Positions 1-8,633 of a stretch of 59,687 bases of DNA are shown piece by piece. The notes beneath the pieces were generated by a model that saw nothing but the letters and a program-made list of their open reading frames with translations, was not told where the DNA came from and did not search any database. A program made the translations under genes and the position numbers. Source of the stretch: Patescibacteria group bacterium (GTDB taxonomy: Bacteria; Patescibacteriota; Patescibacteriia; SG8-24). The stretch is taken from assembly GCA_018813785.1 (NCBI GenBank), contig JAHJAU010000081.1, positions 1-59,687 on the forward strand, in the 5' to 3' direction. Position 1 is the first letter of the stretch, and every line of letters starts with the position of its first letter.

Positions 1-30
1 AAGACGATTAGGCAGATGACCAAGCAATAG
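1..30 (+). CDS. rpmI: 3' end of ribosomal protein L35 gene (partial, continues upstream of window)
   Basis: Frame 1 is open from base 1 to TAG at 28-30 (..KTIRQMTKQ*), ending 1 nt before the rplT start. rpmI-rplT adjacency is the conserved arrangement. Only 9 codons are visible. Confidence 0.35.
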   Translation, partial: KTIRQMTKQ

Positions 31-31
31 T

Positions 32-379
32 ATGCCGAGAGTTAAGCGTGGAAAAATACATCTAAAACGGCGAAAGGGTATCCTTAAACGGACCAAGGGT
101 TTCATGTGGGGTCGTAAGAGCAAGATCAAACTTGCCAAAACTGCGGCTACCAAAGCCGGTGCTTATGCCTACCGTGACCGCCGCAACAAGAAGCGCGTAA
201 TGCGCCGCCTGTGGCAGATTCGCATCAATGCTGCTGCCAGACTGAACGGTCTATCCTACAGCAATCTGATAGATTTGCTCAAAAAGGCCAATGTGACTAT
301 TGATCGAAAGATTTTGTCCAAAATCGCAGCTGATAGACCGGTGACATTTACCAAGATTGTGGAAGCTATTAAGAAGTAA
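32..379 (+). CDS. rplT: 50S ribosomal protein L20
   Basis: 115 aa. MPRVKRG..KRRK..LK..KGF.G..SK..K.A..A..KA..YAYRDRR.KKR..R.LWI.RINAA.R is the canonical L20 sequence pattern. Confidence 0.95.
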   Translation: MPRVKRGKIHLKRRKGILKRTKGFMWGRKSKIKLAKTAATKAGAYAYRDRRNKKRVMRRLWQIRINAAARLNGLSYSNLIDLLKKANVTIDRKILSKIAADRPVTFTKIVEAIKK

Positions 380-393
380 TTGATGAAGAGTTA

Positions 394-421
394 AAAAACC
401 GCCCAGCAAGGGCGGTTTTTT
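394..421 (+). terminator. Rho-independent terminator after rplT
   Basis: A-run, stem CCGCCC (399-404) / GGGCGG (410-415), 5-nt loop, then TTTTTT (416-421). Confidence 0.8.
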
Positions 422-434
422 GGTTTATGGTTAT

Positions 435-462
435 GGGGTCGCGTCTTTAAGATTTAGTTTTT
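435..462 (+). repeat. Copy 1 of a conserved intergenic motif GGGGTCGCGTCTTTAAnATnTAGTTTT
   Basis: 26 of 28 nt are identical to 26765-26792 in the same orientation. The first 16 nt are perfect. Confidence 0.6.
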
Positions 463-616
463 TATTATTCATGTTGGTCGGTTCAACTCAAAACTCTAAC
501 AACCTAAATATGGTCTCGCTTTGTTTGCTAAAAAGCTAGCTTCATTAGCGCCTTTTCCTACCTAAAAAGATCAGATAATTAAAGCGTAGATATAACAAAA
601 TTTAGATAATTATATC

Positions 617-645
617 TTGACAGTCAGCCCTTTGTGTGGTAAGGT
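617..645 (+). promoter_or_regulatory. Sigma-70-like promoter for the GC-rich ORF
   Basis: TTGACA (617-622), 17-nt spacer to TAAGGT (640-645), with TG at 637-638 giving an extended -10. It lies about 55 nt upstream of ATG 702. Confidence 0.5.
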
Positions 646-663
646 ACTTCGTCTGAAAGACAA

Positions 664-687
664 CCGGCAGATAAACCAAACTGCCGG
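664..687 (+). promoter_or_regulatory. 5'-UTR hairpin abutting the Shine-Dalgarno of ORF 702-1268
   Basis: Perfect 7-bp stem CCGGCAG (664-670) / CTGCCGG (681-687) with a 10-nt loop. The 3' arm runs into AAGGAGG (688-694), which sits 7 nt before ATG 702. Confidence 0.4.
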
Positions 688-701
688 AAGGAGGGAGAGA
701 G

Positions 702-1268
702 ATGAGTAAGAGGCAGTATTTGATGGGAGCGGCGGTGCTGATCGTGCTGTCCGCGGGCATCACGGTGCTGGGGGTCATCGCCTATCGTCTGGCGAGAAGC
801 CCCTCGCAGTCGACGGCCGTGGTCGACAACGACGACGACGGCACAACGAGCGATCAGGTGCCGCCGGCGGCTGACGAGGTGGTGCCGGGTGAAACAGACG
901 ACGAGGCTCCGCCGGCCACCGCCAGCATCGATCAGGCGCCGAACGGAGGCAGCGACAGCCTCGCCACCCTTCCGCCGCCAGCCAAGCTGGTCGTGGATTA
1001 CACCGGCGGGGCAGTGACAGTGCGGCGGGATGGCAACCTGGAGCTGCGAGCCAAGAATGCGCCCTTCGGCTTCGGTGAACCGGCAGCGGCCAATCCCCAA
1101 GGAACGGCGCTGGCGAATGGCGACAAGCTGGTCGTCTTCTCCGCCCCCCGGGCGCTCGCCACCGACTCGACCGGCTGCAAGGCCACTCAGGTCGAGTACC
1201 GACTGCGCCCCAACGGCGACGTCGAAGTGGTGACGCGGGGTTGTACCCGCATCACCCAGTGGGAGTAG
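702..1268 (+). CDS. Hypothetical membrane-anchored protein encoded in a high-GC cassette
   Basis: 188 aa with a strong SD (AAGGAGG), its own promoter and terminator. Codons are overwhelmingly G/C-ending from about codon 8 onward. The protein has an N-terminal TM helix (AAVLIVLSAGITVLGVIAY), an acidic/Pro-rich linker, and a C-terminal domain of about 100 aa with 2 Cys. I recognise no family. Confidence 0.6.
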   Translation: MSKRQYLMGAAVLIVLSAGITVLGVIAYRLARSPSQSTAVVDNDDDGTTSDQVPPAADEVVPGETDDEAPPATASIDQAPNGGSDSLATLPPPAKLVVDYTGGAVTVRRDGNLELRAKNAPFGFGEPAAANPQGTALANGDKLVVFSAPRALATDSTGCKATQVEYRLRPNGDVEVVTRGCTRITQWE

Positions 1269-1302
1269 GTCGCCTACCCCACAACTCTCTAGTCGCACAC
1301 CG

Positions 1303-1334
1303 CGACCCCAACGCTTTGTTGGGGTCGTTTTTTT
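1303..1334 (+). terminator. Rho-independent terminator after the GC-rich ORF
   Basis: Stem CGACCCCAAC (1303-1312) / GTTGGGGTCG (1318-1327), loop GCTTT, followed by a T7 run. Confidence 0.8.
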
Positions 1335-1437
1335 GACTGAGATTAAATTTCTCCGATCGGGTACCGGGGCGGCTGCGCACCGGACTGTTCGCTGGCTCAC
1401 AGTCCTCTCGCCGCCCTTCGAATCCCTTTCATAATAT

Positions 1438-1467
1438 GAAAAAGCCTGCCTGACGGCAGTCTTTTTC
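1438..1467 (-). terminator. Hairpin terminator downstream of tRNA-Asp (bidirectional shape)
   Basis: CTGCC (1446-1450) / GGCAG (1455-1459) core with flanking A-run and T-run extensions, immediately 3' of the tRNA on the minus strand. Confidence 0.55.
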
Positions 1468-1468
1468 A

Positions 1469-1546
1469 TGGCGGATCCGAAGGGATTCGAACCCTCGATC
1501 TTCTCCGTGACAGGGAGACGTGTTAACCGGGCTACACCACGGATCC
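1469..1546 (-). tRNA. tRNA-Asp (anticodon GTC)
   Basis: The reverse complement folds as a cloverleaf: GGATCCG/CGGATCC acceptor, TCTCC-CTGTCAC-GGAGA anticodon arm, GAGGG-TTCGAAT-CCCTT T arm, discriminator G, encoded CCA. Confidence 0.9.
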
Positions 1547-1704
1547 ACTTGTTAGCAATGCCCAGTATACCCGAAGGAAAGAAAAAATCAAGAACATATC
1601 AATACTATTAACCCAATCTTAAATATTCAATCTTTTACTAAAAAATTGGCTATTTTAAACTATCTAGATTAAACTGAGCACAAATTATCAATAACCAACC
1701 ACTT

Positions 1705-1944
1705 ATGAATGAAAATAAACCGAGGAAAAACCCGGAACCACCAAACGGTATCGAATTAATTATGTCCGATCTGGAAAAAACCACGGAGCCTACCGAAATT
1801 AAAGCAACTGACTTACTGGAAAAACCAGACCTTGAAGAGGTAGAGCAAGCCATCGATGAAAGAGCTAAAAAAGAAGAAACGCAACAATTAGCCGAAGAAC
1901 TTAATGAATTGCTAGATCGAGCTGAGAAACCTAAATCAAGATAA
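1705..1944 (+). CDS. Hypothetical small acidic protein
   Basis: 79 aa, Glu/Lys-rich and likely helical, followed directly by a strong terminator. The overlapping minus-strand ORF 1650-1958 is Ser/low-complexity and looks like antisense. No clear SD. Confidence 0.4.
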   Translation: MNENKPRKNPEPPNGIELIMSDLEKTTEPTEIKATDLLEKPDLEEVEQAIDERAKKEETQQLAEELNELLDRAEKPKSR

Positions 1945-1950
1945 ATCCAA

Positions 1951-1980
1951 AAAACCACGGACTAAACCCCGTGGTTTTCT
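1951..1980 (+). terminator. Rho-independent terminator
   Basis: 10-bp stem AAAACCACGG (1951-1960) / CCGTGGTTTT (1969-1978) with an 8-nt loop and a T-rich tail. Confidence 0.75.
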
Positions 1981-2014
1981 TCCCTCAGTCAAATTAATAC
2001 AAAAAAAGCGCTGA

Positions 2015-2926
2015 TTAATAATCGGCGCTTTCGTGCTTATCCATGAGAACCAAACCACGATCTATGGTCGAAGGATGACTAGACGACGACCGCCCAAGTC
2101 CAATCGAACCATTAATAATCATCTCCCAACGACACAAAGCTTTGGCCATGTCTAGGGACGAACCAACCAACAATGCTCCTACCGCATCGGCAGCAAACTC
2201 TCCCAAATGAGACACTTCTTTTGACCAAACAGTCGTCTTTTCCCAAATCCAGAACAGTAGACCACTCGACAGCAGGAAAATCGCTAGTCTGAGCAAGAGT
2301 TCAATATCATAAAAACCACTTGCGCCAGACATGAGTAATAACACGAAAGACCACAGAACCACCACAAAGGACGTATTTAAAACCGTGATGTTGCCTAAAT
2401 TTATTTTGGTTCTAATGCTCGGCTCGCATAGCATGAAATGACCAAACTCATGCGCTAAAATGAACTTCATTAATTGCGGCCAACGATGAACAAATTCCTC
2501 AGTTAAACTTATGCAGGGTCGACCTCGACAATACCAAGCTGCACCAGGAGAAGCGTTCTCAAAAGCATCAGTCACCATAAATAATCGCGGCTTGATGCAA
2601 CTGATTTCCGCGCTAAAACGATCTAAGTGAGCGTGTATTTCCTGAAACGCGTGTGGTCCGACTAGCTCGCTACCATCCTCCAAAGCTGCTTGCGTATACA
2701 TTAAACCTTGTAGCCATTTTTGCAGATTGACTAATAGACCCATGGTAACTGAGCTGAACAAAATCAAGCCGACCGAAACGATCGCCAACCAACCAACCGG
2801 AGAAAAGATGCTCAACATGAGTATCAGTGATACGACAAGCAGTGCCTGGCGAAAAAATACACTACGCAGAATTGTAGCGCGCCGCTGGACTATCGATAAC
2901 TTTAAAACAGTCTCTCGAGTTAACAA
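2015..2926 (-). CDS. M48-family (HtpX/Ste24-like) membrane zinc metalloprotease
   Basis: 303 aa with multiple TM segments. It has the HEFGH zinc motif, a downstream GEFAADAVGA, and a C-terminal SSHPSTIDR, which is the pattern of M48 peptidases. TTG start at 2926 is preceded by AGGAG about 7 nt upstream. Confidence 0.7.
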   Translation of the reverse strand: MLTRETVLKLSIVQRRATILRSVFFRQALLVVSLILMLSIFSPVGWLAIVSVGLILFSSVTMGLLVNLQKWLQGLMYTQAALEDGSELVGPHAFQEIHAHLDRFSAEISCIKPRLFMVTDAFENASPGAAWYCRGRPCISLTEEFVHRWPQLMKFILAHEFGHFMLCEPSIRTKINLGNITVLNTSFVVVLWSFVLLLMSGASGFYDIELLLRLAIFLLSSGLLFWIWEKTTVWSKEVSHLGEFAADAVGALLVGSSLDMAKALCRWEMIINGSIGLGRSSSSHPSTIDRGLVLMDKHESADY

Positions 2927-3025
2927 GAGCCTTCTCCTTTTTAAAGAGCCTCATTTATTCATCTCGCACCATGCGGATGAGCCAGTATAAAAATCTTATT
3001 ACTCTAAACTCAAAGTCAAAGCATT

Positions 3026-4468
3026 CTAAACTTCTCTGATCTCTATTGAGTTTACTTTGCTCGAAATATCAGCTGATTCACCAGCGACAACAATAATTTT
3101 ATCACCCGACTTAACCCATTTAGTTTTTTTAAAAAAACCTATCGAGTGATCGATCAACTCCTCTGTCGTACTGCATTTGGGTAACATGAAGGGCTGTACT
3201 CCCCAAGATAAATTCGACTGCCGCAACCCACGATCGTCCAAAGTGGGTACAAAAATTGGCCTTTCTGGTCGATAACAACTAACTATTTGACCAGCCCTGT
3301 CAGAAATAGATGCAACCAAAATTAATTTGGCTTTAATGTCACGTGCCAAAAAATTGGCTAGTTCTGAAATAGCTAAACCAGCATCTTCGTGATTAAACTG
3401 ACCAGCAGTAGTCACATCGTCAAAACGCGACTCTTCTGTCTCATGAATAATCCTGCTCATCGTCTCAACTGTCTCCACTGGAAATTTACCCGTTGCCGAT
3501 TCGCCAGAGAGCATGACAGCATCAGTATGATCAATTACCGCATTGGCTACATCTGATACCTCAGCTCTGGTTGGTCTGGGATTCCGAATCATCGAATCAA
3601 GCATTTGCGTGGCCACAATCACCGGCTTGGCTTTTTTTCGACATTTATCTATGACTACTTTCTGAATAAGCGGGACTTCTTCAGCTGGCATTTCAATGCC
3701 TAAATCACCACGAGCTATCATGATTCCATCAGCCGCCTCAATTATCTCGTCAATATTTTTAACAGCCTCGTGTTTCTCAATTTTAGCTATGATCTGAATT
3801 GATGAATGATATTTACTCTTTTCAACCGACTCTTCTTCAAAACTTTCAATCAAACATCGAAGATCCCGAATTTCTTGAGCATTTCGGACAAAAGATAATG
3901 CTACTAAATCCACACCCTGTAAAATACCGAACCTCATATCTTTTTTGTCCTTCTCGGTAATGGCTGGAATTCCCAGTGTTGCTGTAGGTAAATTTAATCC
4001 CTTGTGAGAAAAAAGAGTGCCGCCAGTCATAACCTCACACTGAATATCTAAACCGGCCACAGAAACAATTTTTACTTCCAGTAAGCCATCATCTAAAAGA
4101 AGACGATCACCGGGCTGGACATCATTATGTAAAGCATCATAAGTTAATCCAATTTTTGGCAGTGATACATTTTTTTCAGTTGAAAAAACCACGAGCTTCC
4201 CAGTCTCAAGAGCTATGCCATCATTTGGTAATTCACCAACGCGAACTTTTGGCCCCTGAAGATCCTGTAAAATAGCAATCGGTTCATTAGTTTCTTCGCT
4301 AGCACGGCGAATTAACTGAATTAGTTCCGCGTGATTCTTATGTTCGCCATGCGAAAAATTAAGCCGGGCTACATTCATCCCAGCTTGAATCATCTTCTTT
4401 AGAATCACTAAATCATTAGATGACGGGCCAATGGTGCAAACAATTTTTGTTCGCTTTCTCTGTTTCAT
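3026..4468 (-). CDS. pyk: Pyruvate kinase
   Basis: 480 aa. TKIVCTIGP...GMNVARLNFSHGEH, IIAKIE, MIARGDLGIE and the MLSGESA motif series are all present. Confidence 0.95.
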   Translation of the reverse strand: MKQRKRTKIVCTIGPSSNDLVILKKMIQAGMNVARLNFSHGEHKNHAELIQLIRRASEETNEPIAILQDLQGPKVRVGELPNDGIALETGKLVVFSTEKNVSLPKIGLTYDALHNDVQPGDRLLLDDGLLEVKIVSVAGLDIQCEVMTGGTLFSHKGLNLPTATLGIPAITEKDKKDMRFGILQGVDLVALSFVRNAQEIRDLRCLIESFEEESVEKSKYHSSIQIIAKIEKHEAVKNIDEIIEAADGIMIARGDLGIEMPAEEVPLIQKVVIDKCRKKAKPVIVATQMLDSMIRNPRPTRAEVSDVANAVIDHTDAVMLSGESATGKFPVETVETMSRIIHETEESRFDDVTTAGQFNHEDAGLAISELANFLARDIKAKLILVASISDRAGQIVSCYRPERPIFVPTLDDRGLRQSNLSWGVQPFMLPKCSTTEELIDHSIGFFKKTKWVKSGDKIIVVAGESADISSKVNSIEIREV

Positions 4469-4560
4469 AAAAATATCTCTGAATCAAATAACACCTTGAT
4501 CTTAGGCAAAAAAGACATTCATCCCAATTCAATTCTTAAAAACAAAAAACTTTTACCATT

Positions 4561-5031
4561 TCAAACATTTTTAATGGGAAGTTTTTCCAATTCATCACGA
4601 AAAGATTGAACATCTTCAAAAGATCTATAGACGGAGGCAAATCTCACATAAGCAACTAGATCAAAATCTCGCAAATGTTTCATTACAATTTCACCGATTT
4701 CACTACTAGGAACTTCTGATTTACGGCGCCGTTGGATGTCACGCTCGATGATACCAACCAATCCTCGAAAACGATCGGGTGTGCAAGGACGCTTCTCCAG
4801 CGCGCGACGCAGTCCGGATTCTAGTTTATCACGCTGATATGACTCTCGACGAGAGTCGCTTTTTATCACTATTAAGTCAAAAATCTCGACGGCTTCAACC
4901 GTCGAGAATCGATAATCACAGGTAGTACACTCGCGTCGTCGTCGCACTCCAAGACCATCGGCCGACACACGGGAATCAACCACTTTCGTTTCCTCACTCG
5001 AGCAAATCAGACAACGCATGATCGTGTCCAA
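4561..5031 (-). CDS. nrdR: Transcriptional repressor NrdR
   Basis: MRCLICSSEETKVVDSR...RRRRECTTCDYRFSTVE zinc ribbon plus an ATP-cone. The start could instead be the MRC methionine at 5019. Confidence 0.93.
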   Translation of the reverse strand: MDTIMRCLICSSEETKVVDSRVSADGLGVRRRRECTTCDYRFSTVEAVEIFDLIVIKSDSRRESYQRDKLESGLRRALEKRPCTPDRFRGLVGIIERDIQRRRKSEVPSSEIGEIVMKHLRDFDLVAYVRFASVYRSFEDVQSFRDELEKLPIKNV

Positions 5032-5032
5032 T

Positions 5033-6280
5033 CTAAGGTAATTTTCGGCGAATAAAAGCCGGAATCTCTAAATCTTCAGCCTCATCAACAGCTGCTGTTA
5101 CAATCTGCTTTTCACCTCTCGCTTTTTTTTCAGTTAGCGGTTTCCGGATAAAGGCGCTAATACCATCGACTGCGTCCCGGACAATATTTTCATGATCCAT
5201 TGATGAGGATTCATCTCTGATCGATTCAAACTCTGCCGCCCGAACTTTTTCCGATTCTTCATCATTTTTTTTGCTAAATCTATCAGCAGCAAAAAAACCG
5301 GAATCAACCTTCTGCTCCAGCCTCCGGCCGCCATTAAATCCGGTAGCGATAACACACACCTTGACCTCGTCTTCCAAGCGTTCATCAATAACTGTGCCAA
5401 AAATAACTTTAGCGTCGCTATCAGCATTGCTGGTAATTAACTTGGCCGCTTCATCAAATTCATGCATAGATAAATCCGGTCCACCAGTAATAGTAAAAAG
5501 AATTCCTTTGGCTCCGTCAATTGAAAGTTCCAGCAATGGACTAGAGATAGCTTGCTTGGCCGCAGCAACCACACGATTCTCTCCGGTCGCCATACCAATA
5601 CCCATTAAAGCTGAGCCAGTATTAGACATAATCGATTTTACATCGGCAAAATCAACATTAACCAGACCCGGAATGGTGATGACTTCAGAGATGCTTTGGA
5701 CACCTTGACGCAAAACATCATCAACAGCATCAAAAGCGTTAACTAATGTTGTCTTCTTGTCGGTAATTGTCAGCACTCGATCATTCGGTATAACAATGAT
5801 CGTATCTACTCGCGAAGCCAAGTCATCGAAAGCTTTTTCGGCAATATTTCGTCTTTGTAAACCCTCAAAGCTAAATGGTTTGGTAACCACAGCTACTGTA
5901 AGTGCACCGCAGTCGCGAGCGATATCAGCTATAACCGGTGAGGCACCACTCCCAGTTCCACCACCTAAGCCGCAGGTAATAAACACCATATCAGCACCAT
6001 TCAATACTTCCCGAATCTCATTTTGACTTTCTTCAGCTGATTGGCGACCAACATCCGGATTCATACCCGCACCAAGACCGCGAGTTATAGATTTACCTAG
6101 TTGTATTTTTTTCGTTGCTTGTGAATTGTGTAGAGCTTGGACATCCGTATTAGCTACGATAAATTCAACACCCTTGATCTTAGATTTGATCATGCGGTTA
6201 ATTGCGGAACCTCCTGAACCACCAACACCAATTACCTTTATTTTGGCGAACGATTCAATTGCGGGCTTTACCTCTGCCAT
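5033..6280 (-). CDS. ftsZ: Cell division protein FtsZ
   Basis: 415 aa. It has [17 protein letters not shown], the tubulin signature [13 protein letters not shown], and the C-terminal peptide [11 protein letters not shown]. Confidence 0.97.
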   Translation of the reverse strand: MAEVKPAIESFAKIKVIGVGGSGGSAINRMIKSKIKGVEFIVANTDVQALHNSQATKKIQLGKSITRGLGAGMNPDVGRQSAEESQNEIREVLNGADMVFITCGLGGGTGSGASPVIADIARDCGALTVAVVTKPFSFEGLQRRNIAEKAFDDLASRVDTIIVIPNDRVLTITDKKTTLVNAFDAVDDVLRQGVQSISEVITIPGLVNVDFADVKSIMSNTGSALMGIGMATGENRVVAAAKQAISSPLLELSIDGAKGILFTITGGPDLSMHEFDEAAKLITSNADSDAKVIFGTVIDERLEDEVKVCVIATGFNGGRRLEQKVDSGFFAADRFSKKNDEESEKVRAAEFESIRDESSSMDHENIVRDAVDGISAFIRKPLTEKKARGEKQIVTAAVDEAEDLEIPAFIRRKLP

Positions 6281-6502
6281 AATATTGTCTCAGTTAGTGG
6301 TGTGCGACAGTTTATTCGGGTCGACCCGAACTGTCGAAAAAATCGAATGATTTAATTTATACTATAAATGTATTGGAGCATGAACACTCCGTCAAGCGAA
6401 TATTAATGTAATTGAACACAAAAATTGTTCGTTTGATTCGAATATCTAAGCGCCGGCGTTTGTACGCCGGCGATCATCCCCCAGTTGCTAATAGAGCCAT
6501 TA

Positions 6503-7756
6503 TTAATGCGTTACTGCTCCGAACAATTTTCTGATCCCCTTCGCCATCTTTTCCATTGGCTTATAGCGTTTCCAAATACGGTTTCTTCGACTGTCAGTTG
6601 GTGTCTCATTAGCTCCCCATTGAACTAAGCCAAGAGCAGTTGCAAACGATAAATCATTAACTCGATCAGTAATGCTGGTTAAACCAACTGGATAACCCAA
6701 AGCGACCGGTAATCGCAATTTTTCTTTAGCCAACTCAACCATGCCCGGTAACTTGGCTCCGCCGCCAGTTAATATAATACCGGCCGGCAAAAGACCGCTC
6801 CGACCAATAGCTTTCAATTCTCGGTCAACTTTCTCTAAAAGCTCTTCGCAACGAGCTTCAACGATTTGTGAAATATATTTTAATGATACTTCTTCACTAT
6901 CCTGTACACCCAACTCTTTCAAATCTATCTTGTCATTTTTTCCAAAAGATTTCGGTAATGCTGAGGCATACTGTAACTTAACTCTTTCAGCTACATCAAT
7001 TGAAGTACGCAGACCGATAGCTATATCAGCGGTTATATGATCTGACCCCAGCGGCAAGGATGTCACGTGAAGAATGTCCCCGTGTTCAAAAACTGCCAGA
7101 CTGGTTGAAGCCCCGCCTAAATTAACTACCGCCACCCCCAATTCTTTCTGTCGCGGAGAGATCACAACTTCAGCTGTGGCTAATACTCCCAAAACCAGCC
7201 TTTCAATATTAACCCCCGTCCGATAAACACACTTGGTTAAATTTTTGATGTGTGAAGTCAGACCTTGAATAATCTGTGTATCTACTTCCAACCGAATACC
7301 GGTCATACCAAGCGGATCTTTGATGTCTTTCTGTCCATCTACCGCAAACGTTCTAGGTATAACATGAATGATCTCGTAATTAACCGGTGTGGCTACGGTC
7401 TGAGCAGCATCAACTGCTCGTTCTACATCTTCATCACGAATCTCCCCGTCCGGACGAGAAATAGCCACCACTCCCTTACTCTCAATCATGTTAACGTGAG
7501 ATCCCGAAATAGAAACCCAAACGGAACCAACGGGCATACCGGTAACCCGCTCAACTTTCTCGATACAAGCCGAAACAGAAGAAACAGCGTCTTCAATTGA
7601 ATTGATTACGCCTCGGTTTATACCTTCAGATGTAGTTTCAGCCGCCCCAATGATGTGTATCTGCCCCCGTTCTGAGGCAGGCATTTTCTGACCAACCGCG
7701 ATGCGAACCGCGGTTGAACCGATATCAATTCCGGCGAACAAAGATTCGTTCGACAT
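6503..7756 (-). CDS. ftsA: Cell division protein FtsA
   Basis: 417 aa actin-like ATPase (GIDIGSTAVRIAVG, VNLGGASTSLAVF, ILTGGGAKLPG), located immediately upstream of ftsZ. Confidence 0.93.
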   Translation of the reverse strand: MSNESLFAGIDIGSTAVRIAVGQKMPASERGQIHIIGAAETTSEGINRGVINSIEDAVSSVSACIEKVERVTGMPVGSVWVSISGSHVNMIESKGVVAISRPDGEIRDEDVERAVDAAQTVATPVNYEIIHVIPRTFAVDGQKDIKDPLGMTGIRLEVDTQIIQGLTSHIKNLTKCVYRTGVNIERLVLGVLATAEVVISPRQKELGVAVVNLGGASTSLAVFEHGDILHVTSLPLGSDHITADIAIGLRTSIDVAERVKLQYASALPKSFGKNDKIDLKELGVQDSEEVSLKYISQIVEARCEELLEKVDRELKAIGRSGLLPAGIILTGGGAKLPGMVELAKEKLRLPVALGYPVGLTSITDRVNDLSFATALGLVQWGANETPTDSRRNRIWKRYKPMEKMAKGIRKLFGAVTH

Positions 7757-7759
7757 ACT

Positions 7760-8128
7760 TTAGCCGAACAGCCAATTTAATAAATATGGCCACATTATTA
7801 AGACACCAACCAGCACGGCGGCTACCGCAGCAACCAGCACCGTACCGGCCATGACGTCTTTGACTTCTTTAACATGAAGATGAACTCGTGGCTTTAACAA
7901 ATCCACCACCCGTTCAACTATACTGTTCATCAACTCTAACACAAGAACCATGGCTATAGCAAGCGTCAAAATCGCCCTCTCAACTCCACTTAGATCAAAA
8001 ACAAACATGGCACAAATTATCAGTACTGCGACGAATAATTGAATCCTAAAATTTTGCTCTTCGCGCCAGACACGAATTATTCCAGCGCTGGCGTAAGAAA
8101 AACTTTTTTGTAATTGTTTGATGTTCAT
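7760..8128 (-). CDS. dgkA: Diacylglycerol/undecaprenol kinase (DgkA family)
   Basis: SFSYASAGI...EQNFRIQ...LELMNSIVERVVD...VKDVMAGTVL fits the prokaryotic DAGK family with 3 TM segments. I prefer the MNIKQL start at 8128. The ORF is open to 8170, which would overlap ybeY by 11 nt. Confidence 0.85.
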   Translation of the reverse strand: MNIKQLQKSFSYASAGIIRVWREEQNFRIQLFVAVLIICAMFVFDLSGVERAILTLAIAMVLVLELMNSIVERVVDLLKPRVHLHVKEVKDVMAGTVLVAAVAAVLVGVLIMWPYLLNWLFG

Positions 8129-8159
8129 GACTGCTGATAAATTAGCTAAAATTAGCCAA

Positions 8160-8633
8160 TTATTCTCCATTAATCAGATTCATTATTCTTTGTTGTAAGC
8201 TAAACATCTCAATTTCATCCTGGGTGGTAGTGTGATCATGACCCATCAAATGAAGTACTCCATGAACCAGCATAAGAGCAAATTCCTGCAATATTTCACA
8301 TTTCTTTTCGATTGCCTGTCGATGAATTTGTTCACTGGATATTACTATCTCCCCCAGCAAGGACGGACTGGATTCATCGGTAGCATCAATAAAAATACCA
8401 CTGCTGTCGTCAATATATGAAAAAGATAGAACATCTGTCGTGCTATCCACTCCGCGATATATTCGATTCAAACGCTGCATCTCTTGATCGGTCACAATTG
8501 AAATATCAACGTGAACTGCCTGATATCCAGCGGAGCTTTGATAAGCCAAATCAATTATTTTTTTAACGAAATTCGCCGTAACTCCCGACGGCAATTGTCC
8601 GGAAATATCTGCGCTGACCATATCAACCTTCAT
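8160..8633 (-). CDS. ybeY: rRNA maturation endoribonuclease YbeY
   Basis: HGVLHLMGHDH metal-binding motif and TDVLSF. The ORF is open to 8717, but that extension overlaps the upstream gene. Plausible starts are ATG 8633 or ATG 8621, the latter 1 nt after the upstream TGA at 8623-8625. Confidence 0.88.
   Translation of the reverse strand: MKVDMVSADISGQLPSGVTANFVKKIIDLAYQSSAGYQAVHVDISIVTDQEMQRLNRIYRGVDSTTDVLSFSYIDDSSGIFIDATDESSPSLLGEIVISSEQIHRQAIEKKCEILQEFALMLVHGVLHLMGHDHTTTQDEIEMFSLQQRIMNLINGE

Noticed and set aside
1414-1430. 12-nt match (TTCGAATCCCTT) to the T-arm/3' part of the adjacent tRNA-Asp, considered as an att-site remnant of island integration
   Set aside because: The match is short and includes the near-universal TTCGAAT T-loop core. 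It is also in inverted rather than direct orientation relative to the tRNA gene, so it does not fit a standard attL/attR duplication. I keep it only as a weak note under the high-GC cassette finding.
624-1469. 281-aa minus-strand ORF covering the whole high-GC cassette
   Set aside because: It is antisense to an ORF that has a promoter, strong SD, GC3 codon bias and a terminator. It is Arg/Gly/Ala-rich, the typical stop-free antisense frame of high-GC DNA. It also reads through two terminator hairpins and touches the tRNA-Asp gene. The nested ORFs 998-1186(-) and 1030-1233(+) were rejected for the same reason.
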